DNA from: Alphaproteobacteria bacterium | GTDB taxonomy: Bacteria > Pseudomonadota > Alphaproteobacteria > CALKHQ01 | Direction: 5' to 3' | NCBI GenBank assembly: GCA_965227515.1 | Contig: CBDDFZ010000001.1 | Span: 1,856,001 to 1,920,000, forward strand | DNA: 64,000 nucleotides | Part shown: piece by piece, positions 1 to 9,486 of the stretch | Layout of the letters: every line of letters starts with the position of its first letter | How positions within the stretch are numbered: position 1 is the stretch's first letter | Notes under the pieces: model-generated | The model's input: only the letters and a program-made list of their open reading frames with translations | The model's database searches: none | Told to the model about the DNA's origin: nothing | Made by a program: the position numbers and the translations under genes

Positions 1-665
1 AGCGCAACGCGCCCGTCGGCGCCGACGATCTCCCCACCGTGGCTCCACAGCGCATAGCCGAAGTAGATATCGGTCTCGATGCCCTTGCCCTGGATGCCGA
101 ATCCGTACGTCTCGTCGCCCAGCGCGGCGATGTCGCCGGCGACCGTGGCCAGTTCGGTCCAGGTCGCGGGTGGGTTGGTGTGCCCGGCGGCCTGCAGCAG
201 CGCTTGGTTGACGTAGAGCGCGCGCGAGGATGCGGCGAACGGCAACCCCCAGAGCTGGCCGTTCATGGTCGAGGCCGCCAGGACGCTCGGCATGAACCGG
301 GATGCCAGCTCGGGCGCGATCGCCGCGTCGAGCGGCGCGATGGCGCCCTCGGCGGCCAGGTCGACCAGCCAACGGGTCGCGACAATGGCGATATCGGGCG
401 GCGCATCGCTCTCGGCGGCGAGGCGCGCGAACAGCTCGTCCCAGTCGACGACCTCGACGCTGATTGCCGTGTCGGGATGGTCAGCGGCGAACGCGTCCGC
501 CGCCGCGCGCAGATAGGGCTCGGTCTGGTCGCTATAGGCGGGCGCCAGCAGCCGGATGTCGTCGGCCTGCGCGAACGCGGGAGATTGCAGCCCCAGCAAC
601 GCGCCCAGACAGGCCAGCAGCCAGCGCTGGCGCCAGCGCGGTTTCGTCCACTTGTCCTTGGACAT
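1..665 (-). CDS. ABC transporter extracellular solute-binding protein (family 1, sugar type), runs off the window edge
   Basis: Hand translation from ATG at 665: MSKDKWTKPRWRQRWLLACLGALLGLQSPAFAQADDIRLLAPAYSD... signal peptide; later TYGFGIQGKGIETDIYFGYALWSHGGEIV, typical of SBP family 1. Confidence 0.8.
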   Translation of the reverse strand, partial: MSKDKWTKPRWRQRWLLACLGALLGLQSPAFAQADDIRLLAPAYSDQTEPYLRAAADAFAADHPDTAISVEVVDWDELFARLAAESDAPPDIAIVATRWLVDLAAEGAIAPLDAAIAPELASRFMPSVLAASTMNGQLWGLPFAASSRALYVNQALLQAAGHTNPPATWTELATVAGDIAALGDETYGFGIQGKGIETDIYFGYALWSHGGEIVGADGRVA

Positions 666-794
666 GGTACCTGGGCATCATCCCTTGTATCGGCAGCCCG
701 CCGCCTGGTGCTAGTCTGGCATCGTCCGTGGCGCATGGGCTTCCGCGCGCGGCTCATGAGCTGTCACTCACACCAGAATCGCGGGAACAATTGT

Positions 795-1940
795 ATGACG
801 CACGAATTGGTCATCAGCAACGGACACGTCATCGATCCGGCCAACACCATCAACGGCATCACCGACATCGCGTTCTCCGGCGGGCGGGTGGCGGCCGTCG
901 GCGACGAACTGGCGAGCAGCGGCGCGGAGACGGTGATCGATGCCGGCGGCAAGTACGTTGTGCCCGGGCTGATCGACCTGCACACCCACGTCTACTGGGG
1001 CGGCACGTCGCTCGGCGTCGATGCGGAGGGGGTCGGCCGGGTCAGCGGCACCACCACATTCGTCGACGCCGGCAGCTCCGGACCCGGCAATTTTCCCGGC
1101 TTCAAGGCCCATGTCATCGACCCGTGCCCGCTGCGCATCCTGGCCTTCGTCAACATCTCGTTTGCCGGCATCTTCGCGTTCTCGCGCAATGTGATGGTCG
1201 GCGAGTGCCGCGACATGGACCTGCTGCACCCCGGCGAGGTGGTCGACATCGCGCGCGAGTACCCGGAGCTGATCCGCGGCATCAAGGTGCGCGTAGGCCG
1301 CATTGCCGGCGGCACCAGCGGCGTTGCGCCGTTGGACCTGGCGGTCGAGGTGGCCGAGGAGCTGGACCTGCCGATCATGGCGCACATCGACTACCCGCCG
1401 CCCGGCCGCAGCGAGGTGCTGACGCGGCTCCGCCCCGGCGACGTGCTGACCCACTGTTTCCGTCCGTTCCCGAATGCCCCGATCACCCGCACCGGCGCCA
1501 TGCGCGAGGACATGATCGCGGCGCGTGAGCGTGGCATCATCTTCGATATCGGCCACGGCGCCGGGTCGTTCGCCTTCCACGTCGGCACCGCCGCTCTGGC
1601 CGAGGATTTCCCGCCGGACTGCATCTCCAGCGACGTGCACCAGCTCTGCATCGACGGGCCGACCTATCACCTGCTGGAGACCATGTCGAAGTTCCGCAAC
1701 CTGGGCATGTCGATGTTCGATGTCGTGGCCTGCGCCACCGCCACGCCGGCCCGCGCCCTGCGCATGCCCGACCTGGGTCATCTGGGCGTGGGTGCGATCG
1801 GCGACGCGGTGATCCTGGAGGAAGAGGAGGGCGCGTTCGTCTACCACGACATCACCCAGGCGGAGCTGAAGGGCAACACCAAGCTGGCGACCCGCCAGAT
1901 CGTCGTTGCCGGCGAGCTGTGGCACACCGTGGGGGGCTGA
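795..1940 (+). CDS. Amidohydrolase/deacetylase family metallohydrolase (dihydroorotase-like)
   Basis: PGLIDLHTH metal motif, TTFVDAGS, MAHI, THCF, DIGHG, ISSDVH; start MTHELVISNGHVIDP. Confidence 0.9.
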   Translation: MTHELVISNGHVIDPANTINGITDIAFSGGRVAAVGDELASSGAETVIDAGGKYVVPGLIDLHTHVYWGGTSLGVDAEGVGRVSGTTTFVDAGSSGPGNFPGFKAHVIDPCPLRILAFVNISFAGIFAFSRNVMVGECRDMDLLHPGEVVDIAREYPELIRGIKVRVGRIAGGTSGVAPLDLAVEVAEELDLPIMAHIDYPPPGRSEVLTRLRPGDVLTHCFRPFPNAPITRTGAMREDMIAARERGIIFDIGHGAGSFAFHVGTAALAEDFPPDCISSDVHQLCIDGPTYHLLETMSKFRNLGMSMFDVVACATATPARALRMPDLGHLGVGAIGDAVILEEEEGAFVYHDITQAELKGNTKLATRQIVVAGELWHTVGG

Positions 1941-1944
1941 GCCG

Positions 1945-3156
1945 ATGACCGACGACGGCGGCAGCGGCTGGGCCTGGCCCGACTATCGCGCCATCTATTC
2001 CTACGCCTGGGACCTGCTGGACGAGGGCGTCGATGCGATGCTCGGCCACATCGGCGACACCGGCGCCAACACGATCACGCTGGCCACCAGCTACCACGCC
2101 GGGCGCTTCATGCGGCCGCATGGGCGCCAGGGCCGGGTGAAGGAACTGGTGGACGGCGCGGTCTATTTCCGCCCCGATATGGCCGAGTACGGCGCGATCA
2201 AGCCGCTGCCGCACCCGATGCTGGACGATTTCGACCCGTTCGCCGAGATCGAGGCGCACGACAGCCTGCAGTCTGTGGCCTGGATCGTGTGCCTGCACAA
2301 TTCGGCGCTGGGCGCGCGCCATCCCGAATTCACCGTGCGCAACGCGTTCGGCGATCATTACTCGTTCAGCCTGGACCCGGCGGCGTCCGAGGTGCAGGAC
2401 TACATCGTGACCCTGTGCACCGATGCGGCGCAGTCCACCAACATCGTCGGCATGGTGCTGGAAACGCCGGGCTATCTGCCGTTCCAGCACGGCCTGCACC
2501 ACGAGTTCCAGTTGATGCCGCTGAACCCGTGGGTCGACCGGCTGCTGGCGCTCAGCTTCTCCGACGCGGCGATGGCCGGCGCGGAGGCCGCCGGCATCGA
2601 TGCCGAGCGCCTGCGCAAGCTGGTGGTGTCGTGGGTCGACGCCTACCTGTCGTCGGACATCGCCATCGACCCGGCGATGGCGCTGGAATGGTTCATGGGC
2701 GACATCCTGGGCGAGCCGGACATGGCCGCCTTCCTGCGCTGGCGCTGCAAGATCGTGACCGACCTGGTCGCGGCGGTGCGGGCGAGCGTGCCGAAGACGG
2801 TGTGGGTCGGCGTCATCCCCACCGTGCAGCGGCCGACGGCGGCGACATGGCTGGAAGGCTCCGACCTTGCCGGCCAGGCGGCCGCCGCCGACTTGGTGGA
2901 GGTGCCGGCCTACCAGCCGAAAGTGGGCGAGGTCGCGGCCGATCTGTTCGATGTCCGCCGCCGGATCGGAGACCAGGCCCGCATGCACGCCATCCTGCGG
3001 CCGGACGTGCCCGATTTGCGCACCGCCGGCGAGGTGGAGGCGGCGGCCGTTGCCGCACGCGACGCCGGTGCGTCGGGACTTTCTTTCTACAACTATGGCC
3101 ATTTGCGCCGGCCGGCTCTGGCCCGCGCTGCTGCCGGATTCAGGGCTTTCGCATGA
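1945..3156 (+). CDS. Hypothetical protein, possibly glycoside-hydrolase-like TIM barrel
   Basis: Host-like codon usage, in an operon between amidohydrolase and SDR (ATGA overlap); motifs TLATSYHAGRF, WIVCLHNS, LSFYNYG. Confidence 0.7.
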   Translation: MTDDGGSGWAWPDYRAIYSYAWDLLDEGVDAMLGHIGDTGANTITLATSYHAGRFMRPHGRQGRVKELVDGAVYFRPDMAEYGAIKPLPHPMLDDFDPFAEIEAHDSLQSVAWIVCLHNSALGARHPEFTVRNAFGDHYSFSLDPAASEVQDYIVTLCTDAAQSTNIVGMVLETPGYLPFQHGLHHEFQLMPLNPWVDRLLALSFSDAAMAGAEAAGIDAERLRKLVVSWVDAYLSSDIAIDPAMALEWFMGDILGEPDMAAFLRWRCKIVTDLVAAVRASVPKTVWVGVIPTVQRPTAATWLEGSDLAGQAAAADLVEVPAYQPKVGEVAADLFDVRRRIGDQARMHAILRPDVPDLRTAGEVEAAAVAARDAGASGLSFYNYGHLRRPALARAAAGFRAFA

Positions 3157-3956
3157 CAGAGAACTTCCAAAACAAGCGCGCACTCGTCACCGGGGCCGGC
3201 TCCGGCATCGGCAACGCCATCGCCAGCCGCCTGGCGTCGGAAGGCGCGTTCGTCGGCGCGCTCGACATGAACATGGAGGGTGCGGAGGAAACCGTCACCC
3301 GCCTGAAGCAGCATGGCGGTGCCGGTGTCGCGCTGCATGCCGACGTCACCAACAAGCGCCAGGTGGCCGCCGCGGTCGAGAAGTTCATGCAGGCCACCGA
3401 CGGCGTCGACGTGCTGATCAATTGTGCAGGTGCCGCCAATGCCGAGGGCTTCGACGACACCGATCCCGAACTGTGGGACCTGGACGTCGCGATCAACCTG
3501 ACCGGGCCGTATCTGATGGCGCGTGCCGTGCTGCCGAGCCTGATCGCGGCCGGCGGCGGTTCCATCGTCAACATCAGCTCGGTCAACGGCATCATGCACT
3601 TCGGCAACCCCGCCTACAGCGCTGCCAAGGGCGGGCTGATCATGTTCACCAAGAGCCTGGCGACCGAGTACGGGAAGCACAACATCCGCGCCAACGCCGT
3701 GCTGCCGGGCACCATCTTCAGCCACGCCCACGAGGCCCGGATGAAGCGGCAGCCGGACTTCATGCAGCGGCTGACCAAGTGGTATCCGCTGGGCCGGGTC
3801 GGCCGTGTGGAGGAGGTGGCCGCCGCGGTCGCCTTCCTGGCGTCGGACGAGGCCTCGTTCATCAGCGGCGCCGTGCTGACCGTCGACGGCGGCCTGACCT
3901 CCGGCCTGAAGGCGATGGCCGACGAACTGACGCTGGCGGACGGCGGCGACGACTGA
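3153..3956 (+). CDS. SDR family oxidoreductase
   Basis: TGAGSGIG, NCAG, YSAAKGG catalytic motif, VDGG. Confidence 0.95.
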   Translation: MTENFQNKRALVTGAGSGIGNAIASRLASEGAFVGALDMNMEGAEETVTRLKQHGGAGVALHADVTNKRQVAAAVEKFMQATDGVDVLINCAGAANAEGFDDTDPELWDLDVAINLTGPYLMARAVLPSLIAAGGGSIVNISSVNGIMHFGNPAYSAAKGGLIMFTKSLATEYGKHNIRANAVLPGTIFSHAHEARMKRQPDFMQRLTKWYPLGRVGRVEEVAAAVAFLASDEASFISGAVLTVDGGLTSGLKAMADELTLADGGDD

Positions 3957-3992
3957 TCCGGGCGTCGGCGCGGGTGGCCGGCCGGGCTGGCG

Positions 3993-4061
3993 TTAAGGCT
4001 TCGCTAACCATACGCCGTCAGCTTGCCCAGCGTTCACGCTTGGCCTAGGATTTGCGTTAAC
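3993..4061. promoter_or_regulatory. CtrA-like boxes upstream of the M23 peptidase
   Basis: TTAA-GGCTTCG-CTAAC at 3993-4008 (one mismatch to TTAA-N7-TTAAC) and a TTAAC half-site at 4057. Confidence 0.45.
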
Positions 4062-4121
4062 CAAACCCGATGAGCGGCCGCGCAGGAGGGCGCCGCGGCT
4101 GTCGGGTCGCGTTCAGGGGAT

Positions 4122-5408
4122 GTGCAGGACATGGCAATCGACCACCGGGCACCGTCGCGTCGCGGCGGGTGGATCAGCGCTGTTGTTGCCGCGGGGTGCG
4201 CGGCCGGGCTGGCGCTGGATGCGTTCGCGTCCACGCCCGACGACATGGCGCCCTGGCTGTTCCGGCCGGCGCCGAAGGGCGACCTGACGCCGGACGGTCC
4301 GGTCGGGTCGGACCTTGCCGACGCGCCGGCACCCTGGCTGATGCGCATGCCGACGCTGGCCGAATACTATCTGGTGACCGACTTCGTCGCCGAGGTCCGG
4401 GTGGCGGTGGAGGATGTGTTCGCGCCGGAGAACCTGATCACCATCGGCTACTACTCCGAGCGCTACCAAAGGCTGCGGCTGGAAGCCCGGCTTGCGGTGC
4501 TGGAACTCGCGATGAACGAGGTGGCGGCCCCGGTCGCACCCGACGCAGACCCCATCATGCCGGTCGTTTCCGCCGATGCGGACGTGGACCAGCGTGCCGA
4601 CTTCTCGGCCCTGCACCGCCAGTACCAGTTGCTGTCGGAGCGATGGGACGTGCTGGTCCAGGAGCGCGATTCGCTGGAGGCCCAGGTGGCGGCGCTGACC
4701 GGCGCGCTCGAGGCCTCCGACCGTGCCCACGACGAGCTCACCTACCGCCTCAGCCTGTGGACCATCGACGACATCAACGCCGCCCAGGACGTGATCGCGA
4801 TGACCGGCCTGGACGTGGAGTTGATGCTGCTGCGGTTGGCCGCGTCCCAGCCGGCGGTGTCGCGCGGCGGCCCGTATCTCGCGGCTTCGGCGGCGCCTGT
4901 GGTGAGCGCCCAGGACGAGAGCACGGCCGCACTCGGCAGCCATATCGAGCGCTGGGACGGGCTGCGCCAACTCCTGCGCATGCTGCCGCTCGGCCAGCCG
5001 ATGGACGAATACAAGCTGACCAGCGGGTACGGCCACAGGATCGACCCGATCAATGGGCGCGACGCCTACCATAGCGGTCTCGACTTCGTCGGGCCGATGC
5101 GCACGCCGATCCGCACCACCGCGCCGGGCGTGGTTGCTTTCGCCGACTGGCGTACCGGCTATGGCCGCCTGGTCATCATCGACCATGGGCTGGGCATCAC
5201 CACCCGCTACGCGCACCTGAGCGGCATCCTGGTCGAGGCCGGCGATGTGGTGGACTACCGCCAGCCGATCGGCCTCCTGGGCAGCAGCGGTCGCAGCACC
5301 GGCCCGCACCTGCATTACGAAGTGCGCCTGGATGGTGTCGCCGGCGACCCGATGATGTTCCTGGACGCCGGCCGCTACGTCTTCAAGGCCCAGGCCGAAG
5401 CTGAGTAG
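4122..5408 (+). CDS. M23 family peptidoglycan metalloendopeptidase with coiled-coil N-terminus
   Basis: HSGLDF, TRYAHL, GSSGRSTGPHLHYEV motifs; start may be 4131. Confidence 0.9.
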   Translation: MQDMAIDHRAPSRRGGWISAVVAAGCAAGLALDAFASTPDDMAPWLFRPAPKGDLTPDGPVGSDLADAPAPWLMRMPTLAEYYLVTDFVAEVRVAVEDVFAPENLITIGYYSERYQRLRLEARLAVLELAMNEVAAPVAPDADPIMPVVSADADVDQRADFSALHRQYQLLSERWDVLVQERDSLEAQVAALTGALEASDRAHDELTYRLSLWTIDDINAAQDVIAMTGLDVELMLLRLAASQPAVSRGGPYLAASAAPVVSAQDESTAALGSHIERWDGLRQLLRMLPLGQPMDEYKLTSGYGHRIDPINGRDAYHSGLDFVGPMRTPIRTTAPGVVAFADWRTGYGRLVIIDHGLGITTRYAHLSGILVEAGDVVDYRQPIGLLGSSGRSTGPHLHYEVRLDGVAGDPMMFLDAGRYVFKAQAEAE

Positions 5409-5442
5409 GCGCCACGCGACGCTCGCTGATCTCCAAGGATTG

Positions 5443-5468
5443 CAAATAGGACAACTATGTCCTATTTG
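5443..5468. promoter_or_regulatory. Inverted-repeat operator in the hicAB promoter
   Basis: CAAATAGGACA-acta-TGTCCTATTTG, perfect 11-bp arms, overlapping a TTGCAA -35-like hexamer. Confidence 0.7.
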
Positions 5469-5479
5469 TCAGTCGTACC

Positions 5480-5695
5480 GTGAACGGCAAAGAATTCCTG
5501 CGGCTATTGCGCAAGCTGGGCAAAGCACGCCGAGTTCCGGTCACCTATGATGGCAAGCCCGGCAAGGGTAGTCACGGTCGCGTCTATTTCGGTGCAGCGT
5601 TCACAACGTTGAAGAGCCCGAAGGATGAAATCGGCCGTGGTCTTTTGGCGAAGATGTTGAAGGACCTTGGCCTAAACAAGGATGATCTGGCATGA
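5480..5695 (+). CDS. hicA: HicA family toxin
   Basis: 71 aa basic protein with GKGSH motif and C-terminal LLAKMLKDLGL. Confidence 0.85.
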   Translation: MNGKEFLRLLRKLGKARRVPVTYDGKPGKGSHGRVYFGAAFTTLKSPKDEIGRGLLAKMLKDLGLNKDDLA

Positions 5696-6120
5696 AGATC
5701 GCGTATCCGGCCCGATTTGAGCCCGACGAGGACGGGCGGGTAGTGGTGACGTTTCGCGATTTGCCAGAGGCGGCGACCGATGGCGAAAATCGCGATGAAG
5801 CGCGCGCCCAGGCCGTCGATCTGCTTAACTCAGTCCTTATGTTCCGCATGAAGTACCGGGAAGACGTTCCGGAGCCTAGCCGGCGTCGCAAGGATGAGGA
5901 ATTGGTGGTGCCAGATGCTGCGGTTGCGATGAAGATCGCGCTTTATGTCGCCATGCACCACCACGGCGTCAGTGCTGCGGAACTGACCCGCCGGTTGCGG
6001 ATCGACAATCGCGAAACCCAACGCCTGTTGGATCCTCGCCACGCCACGAAAACGGCGCGCATGAGTGAGGCGATCAGAGCTGCTGGCGGCGACGCAGTGA
6101 TCGAGCTACACGGCACGTGA
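5692..6120 (+). CDS. hicB: HicB family antitoxin with HTH
   Basis: YPARFEP..VVTFRDLPEAATDGE N-terminus, C-terminal HTH (QRLLDPRHATK); ATGA overlap with hicA. Confidence 0.9.
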   Translation: MKIAYPARFEPDEDGRVVVTFRDLPEAATDGENRDEARAQAVDLLNSVLMFRMKYREDVPEPSRRRKDEELVVPDAAVAMKIALYVAMHHHGVSAAELTRRLRIDNRETQRLLDPRHATKTARMSEAIRAAGGDAVIELHGT

Positions 6121-6134
6121 ACGGGCGTCGAAAC

Positions 6135-6264
6135 TTAGAGCATGATCATTTAAGTCGGCACCGGCCCTCTCCCCCACCCGGCCGCCCAGACATCATACTG
6201 GAGTTGGGCGGCCGGGTGGGGGAGAGGGCTGGCGCAGATTCAGCGTAAGCTGATCCCGATCTAA
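6135..6264. repeat. Palindromic MITE-like repeat, family A (full copy)
   Basis: TTAGAGCATGATC...GATCCCGATCTAA ends; central hairpin GCCCTCTCCCCCACCCGGCCGCCCA/TGGGCGGCCGGGTGGGGGAGAGGGC; related copies at 14021, 29415, 40657. Confidence 0.8.
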
Positions 6265-8253
6265 TCAAGCGGCGGGAATACGCGTAGCGGACGGCGTGGA
6301 GGCGTTGGTCTCCGGCGCTTCAACGTAACGATACCCCAGTTTCGGTACGGTCTGGATGCGGTCGCGCAATGGCCCCATCTTCTTGCGCAGTGTGCGGATG
6401 ACGGTGTCGACCACGTTGCTGCCGACGAAGGTGCGCCGCCAGATGCGCTCGATCAGCTCCTCCCGGCCGACGGCGGCGGGCGCACGGTCGATCAACTCGG
6501 CCAGCACCTGTGCCTCCAATGGCGTCAGCTCGACCACTGACCCGTCGACCGTGATTTCCCGGCGGTCGCGGACAAACGCCAATCCATCGCCACTGCCGTT
6601 CGTCATCGTGCCGGGGCCAGTCGCGCCGCCCGCCTGCACCAGTGTCGCCACCCAGTCCACAAGGTCGGCGCCGGGCAGGTCCAGGATCATCGTCGTCGGC
6701 AGGCCCGACGGCGCGCCCTCCAGCGGCTTGAAGCCGAGCCGTGCCATCAGCACGCCGTCGCTCTCCACCCCGGTCGCGTAGCTGTAGATGCGCGCAAGCC
6801 CCCAGCGTTCGATGTAGTTGCGCTTCAGGTCGAGCACGCAGGCGACGCGTTCCGGCGGCAGCGGTGCGACGCCGCGTGCCGACATCTGGCGGACGAACAG
6901 GACCTCGCCATCGACCGGGTGCGCGCTCAGATGCTGTTGCCACAGGGCGAACAGCGGATCGAGCGAGGCCAGGCCGGCTATCGGGTCGTCCTGGCGCGCG
7001 AATGCATAGAAGGCGAGCACCGCCCCGTCGTCGCCGCGTGCGACCGAGAAACGGTGCGGCAGGCGCCTGGTCCAGGCCTCGATGCAGGCGCGCTCGTCCG
7101 GGCCGTTGCGCTGCTCGGCGAGGGCCAGAATGGCCGGGAAATCGTCCTGGCGGGCGGGCTCCACCGGCGGCGCCGGTGCGTCGGTGGGGAAGAAGGCGTT
7201 GCGCAGCACCGGCTCCTCCAGCAGGTGCAGCAGGTCGGCCATATAGCGCCAGCGCCCGGCGCCGCTGACCCCGCGCAACTGGCCGAGGATCCAGTTCGCG
7301 GCGGTCGACCGCCAGGCCATGTAGCGTTCCGCCTCCACCCCCGACATCCAATCCACCACACACTGGCGCACCGGTTCGGCGATGTAGATGCCTTCCTCGT
7401 CGCGGGTGGCGAAGGGCAGGGCCTCGACCGCCTCCAGCAGCGACAGCGGCACCGGCTCGGGCGTGTCCAGGATGGCTGATACCAGCGCCCGGCTTGCCCG
7501 CCGCACGATGCAACAGGCCTCGGTGGCGCGGCGCAGTTCCTGGTCGCCGATGGCGTGCATGATGGCGTTGGCGAGTTCGCCGGCCGCGCGCACGGTGTCG
7601 AGCGTGCTCACCCGCGCGGCGTGTATCGCCATGCGCAGCCCCAGTGGATGGCCTCCGGTGAGCTGCCAGATGCGCGCGGCGACCGATGGCTCCAGACCGG
7701 CTTCGGCGACGGCGGCATCGCTCGCCTCGCGCGACAGGTTGCCGAGCCACATATCCAGGAAATACTGGGCATACTCCGCGGACCACTGCGCCGGTGGCGC
7801 GGTCGCTCCGGCGAACACGAACCGGGTGCTGGCCGGCATCGCCGGTACCAGTTCCATGCGCAGCCAGGATGCCGCCAGCCGCCAGGTGTCGACGTCGTCG
7901 ACCATGATGACCGTGGGCCTGTCCGCCAGCGTTGCGACCAGATGGGCGGCCAGTTCGGAGGTGTAGGTCGTGGGATGTCCCAACGCGCCGGCAATGGCGG
8001 CGACAATCGCCTCAGGCCGCGGCTCGATCTCCCCGGCCTCGATGCGGATACAGGGATGGTTCTCGCCGGCGAGCCAGGTCTCGAACGCGGCCAGCAGTGC
8101 CGACTTGCCGATGCCGACCGGGCCGTGGACATAGGCCACGACAGGCCCGTCGTCCGATGCCAACTGGCGCAGCAGGTTCAGCTCGGCATCGCGCCCCGCC
8201 AATGCGGTGCGGCGGCCACGCCGAAGCAGATCCGCAATCGTCCCCCCGTTCAT
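6265..8253 (-). CDS. AAA-ATPase + C-terminal OmpR-type winged-helix transcriptional regulator
   Basis: LAGRDAEL, Walker A GPVGIGKS, TGGHPLGL; C-terminal LTPLEAQVLAEL...SNVVDTVIRTLRKK..IQTVPKLGY. Confidence 0.85.
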   Translation of the reverse strand: MNGGTIADLLRRGRRTALAGRDAELNLLRQLASDDGPVVAYVHGPVGIGKSALLAAFETWLAGENHPCIRIEAGEIEPRPEAIVAAIAGALGHPTTYTSELAAHLVATLADRPTVIMVDDVDTWRLAASWLRMELVPAMPASTRFVFAGATAPPAQWSAEYAQYFLDMWLGNLSREASDAAVAEAGLEPSVAARIWQLTGGHPLGLRMAIHAARVSTLDTVRAAGELANAIMHAIGDQELRRATEACCIVRRASRALVSAILDTPEPVPLSLLEAVEALPFATRDEEGIYIAEPVRQCVVDWMSGVEAERYMAWRSTAANWILGQLRGVSGAGRWRYMADLLHLLEEPVLRNAFFPTDAPAPPVEPARQDDFPAILALAEQRNGPDERACIEAWTRRLPHRFSVARGDDGAVLAFYAFARQDDPIAGLASLDPLFALWQQHLSAHPVDGEVLFVRQMSARGVAPLPPERVACVLDLKRNYIERWGLARIYSYATGVESDGVLMARLGFKPLEGAPSGLPTTMILDLPGADLVDWVATLVQAGGATGPGTMTNGSGDGLAFVRDRREITVDGSVVELTPLEAQVLAELIDRAPAAVGREELIERIWRRTFVGSNVVDTVIRTLRKKMGPLRDRIQTVPKLGYRYVEAPETNASTPSATRIPAA

Positions 8254-8412
8254 GCCGGCCGCCGAACCCCGATTTCATGAGACCGCGATCTCATCGATTT
8301 CTCATCGCCGCATCATGCCTTCATCGCCCGACCCCGTCTATTGCACCTGCCAGCGGGCCGGCTTTCGGCCCAGTGGTGCAAGAAAGGCCCACGGACAAGA
8401 AAGGACAAAGCG

Positions 8413-9468
8413 ATGAACGAGCAGAAGATCGAGCAATTCCTCCACAAGGTGGTCGATGACCTGGGTGCGGCGTTCTCCATTGCGCCGGTGCGCATTGGCG
8501 GGTCGCTCGGCATCTATGGCGCGATGGCGGAGGCCGGGCCGGTCACTGCCGAGCAACTGGCCGCCGCAACCGGGCTCGCGGAGCGTTATCTGCGCGAGTG
8601 GCTGGCCCACCAGGCGGCCTCCGGCTACATCACGTACGACGCTGCGTCCAAGCGCTTCACCTTGCCGCCGGAGCATGCCTTCGTGCTGGCCGACCCGCAG
8701 AGCCCGGCCTACATCCTGCGCGGTTTCTGTGCCGCGTCGGCGCTGTCGGACAACATGGACGCGGTGATGGAGGCATTCCGCACAGGCGAGGGCGTGCACT
8801 GGGAGAACCAGGCCGGCTGCATCGCCTGCTACATCGCCGAGTTCTTCCGCCCCGGCTATCGCGCCAACCTGATCGAGAGCTGGCTGCCGGCACTGGACGG
8901 CGTTGCCGACCGGTTACGGTCGGGCGCAAGGGTGGCGGATATCGGCTGTGGCCACGGCCATTCGACGCGGCTGATGGCGCAGGCGTTTCCGGCCTCGCAG
9001 TTCGTCGGCATCGACATCCACACGCCGTCCATCGAGGCGGCCCGCTCCCACGCCCAGGCGCATGACGCCGGCGACAACCTGAGCTTCGAGCTGGGCAGCG
9101 CCCAGGATTTCGAGGGTGCCGACTTCGATTTCGTCACCTGCTTCGATGCCCTGCACGACATGGGCGACCCGGTCACCGCCGCGCGGCGAATCCGCCAGGC
9201 GCTGAAACCCGGCGGCAGTTGGATGGTGGTCGAGCCGTTCGCCAACGACAGCCTGGAGCAGAACTTCAACCCGATCGGGCGGATGTCCTATGCGGCGTCG
9301 ACCATGAGCTGCGTGCCGGGGGCGCTGGCGCAGAAGGGCGGCATGGCGCTCGGCGCTCAGGCCGGCGAGGCGACGCTGCGCGATATCATCGTGCGCGACG
9401 GCGGCTTCGCCAGCCTGCGCCGGGTGGCGGAAACGCCGATCAACCTGGTGCTGGAAGCGCGGGTTTAG
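8413..9468 (+). CDS. Class I SAM-dependent methyltransferase with N-terminal winged helix
   Basis: ERYLREWL, VADIGCGHG, FDALHDMGDP, LGAQAGE; RBS AAGGA. Confidence 0.9.
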   Translation: MNEQKIEQFLHKVVDDLGAAFSIAPVRIGGSLGIYGAMAEAGPVTAEQLAAATGLAERYLREWLAHQAASGYITYDAASKRFTLPPEHAFVLADPQSPAYILRGFCAASALSDNMDAVMEAFRTGEGVHWENQAGCIACYIAEFFRPGYRANLIESWLPALDGVADRLRSGARVADIGCGHGHSTRLMAQAFPASQFVGIDIHTPSIEAARSHAQAHDAGDNLSFELGSAQDFEGADFDFVTCFDALHDMGDPVTAARRIRQALKPGGSWMVVEPFANDSLEQNFNPIGRMSYAASTMSCVPGALAQKGGMALGAQAGEATLRDIIVRDGGFASLRRVAETPINLVLEARV

Positions 9469-9486
9469 GGCGCAAACCCTATCCCA

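Noticed and set aside
39-794. N-terminal extension of the 633-aa ORF
   Set aside because: Antisense to the SBP gene; amidohydrolase similarity begins at ATG 795
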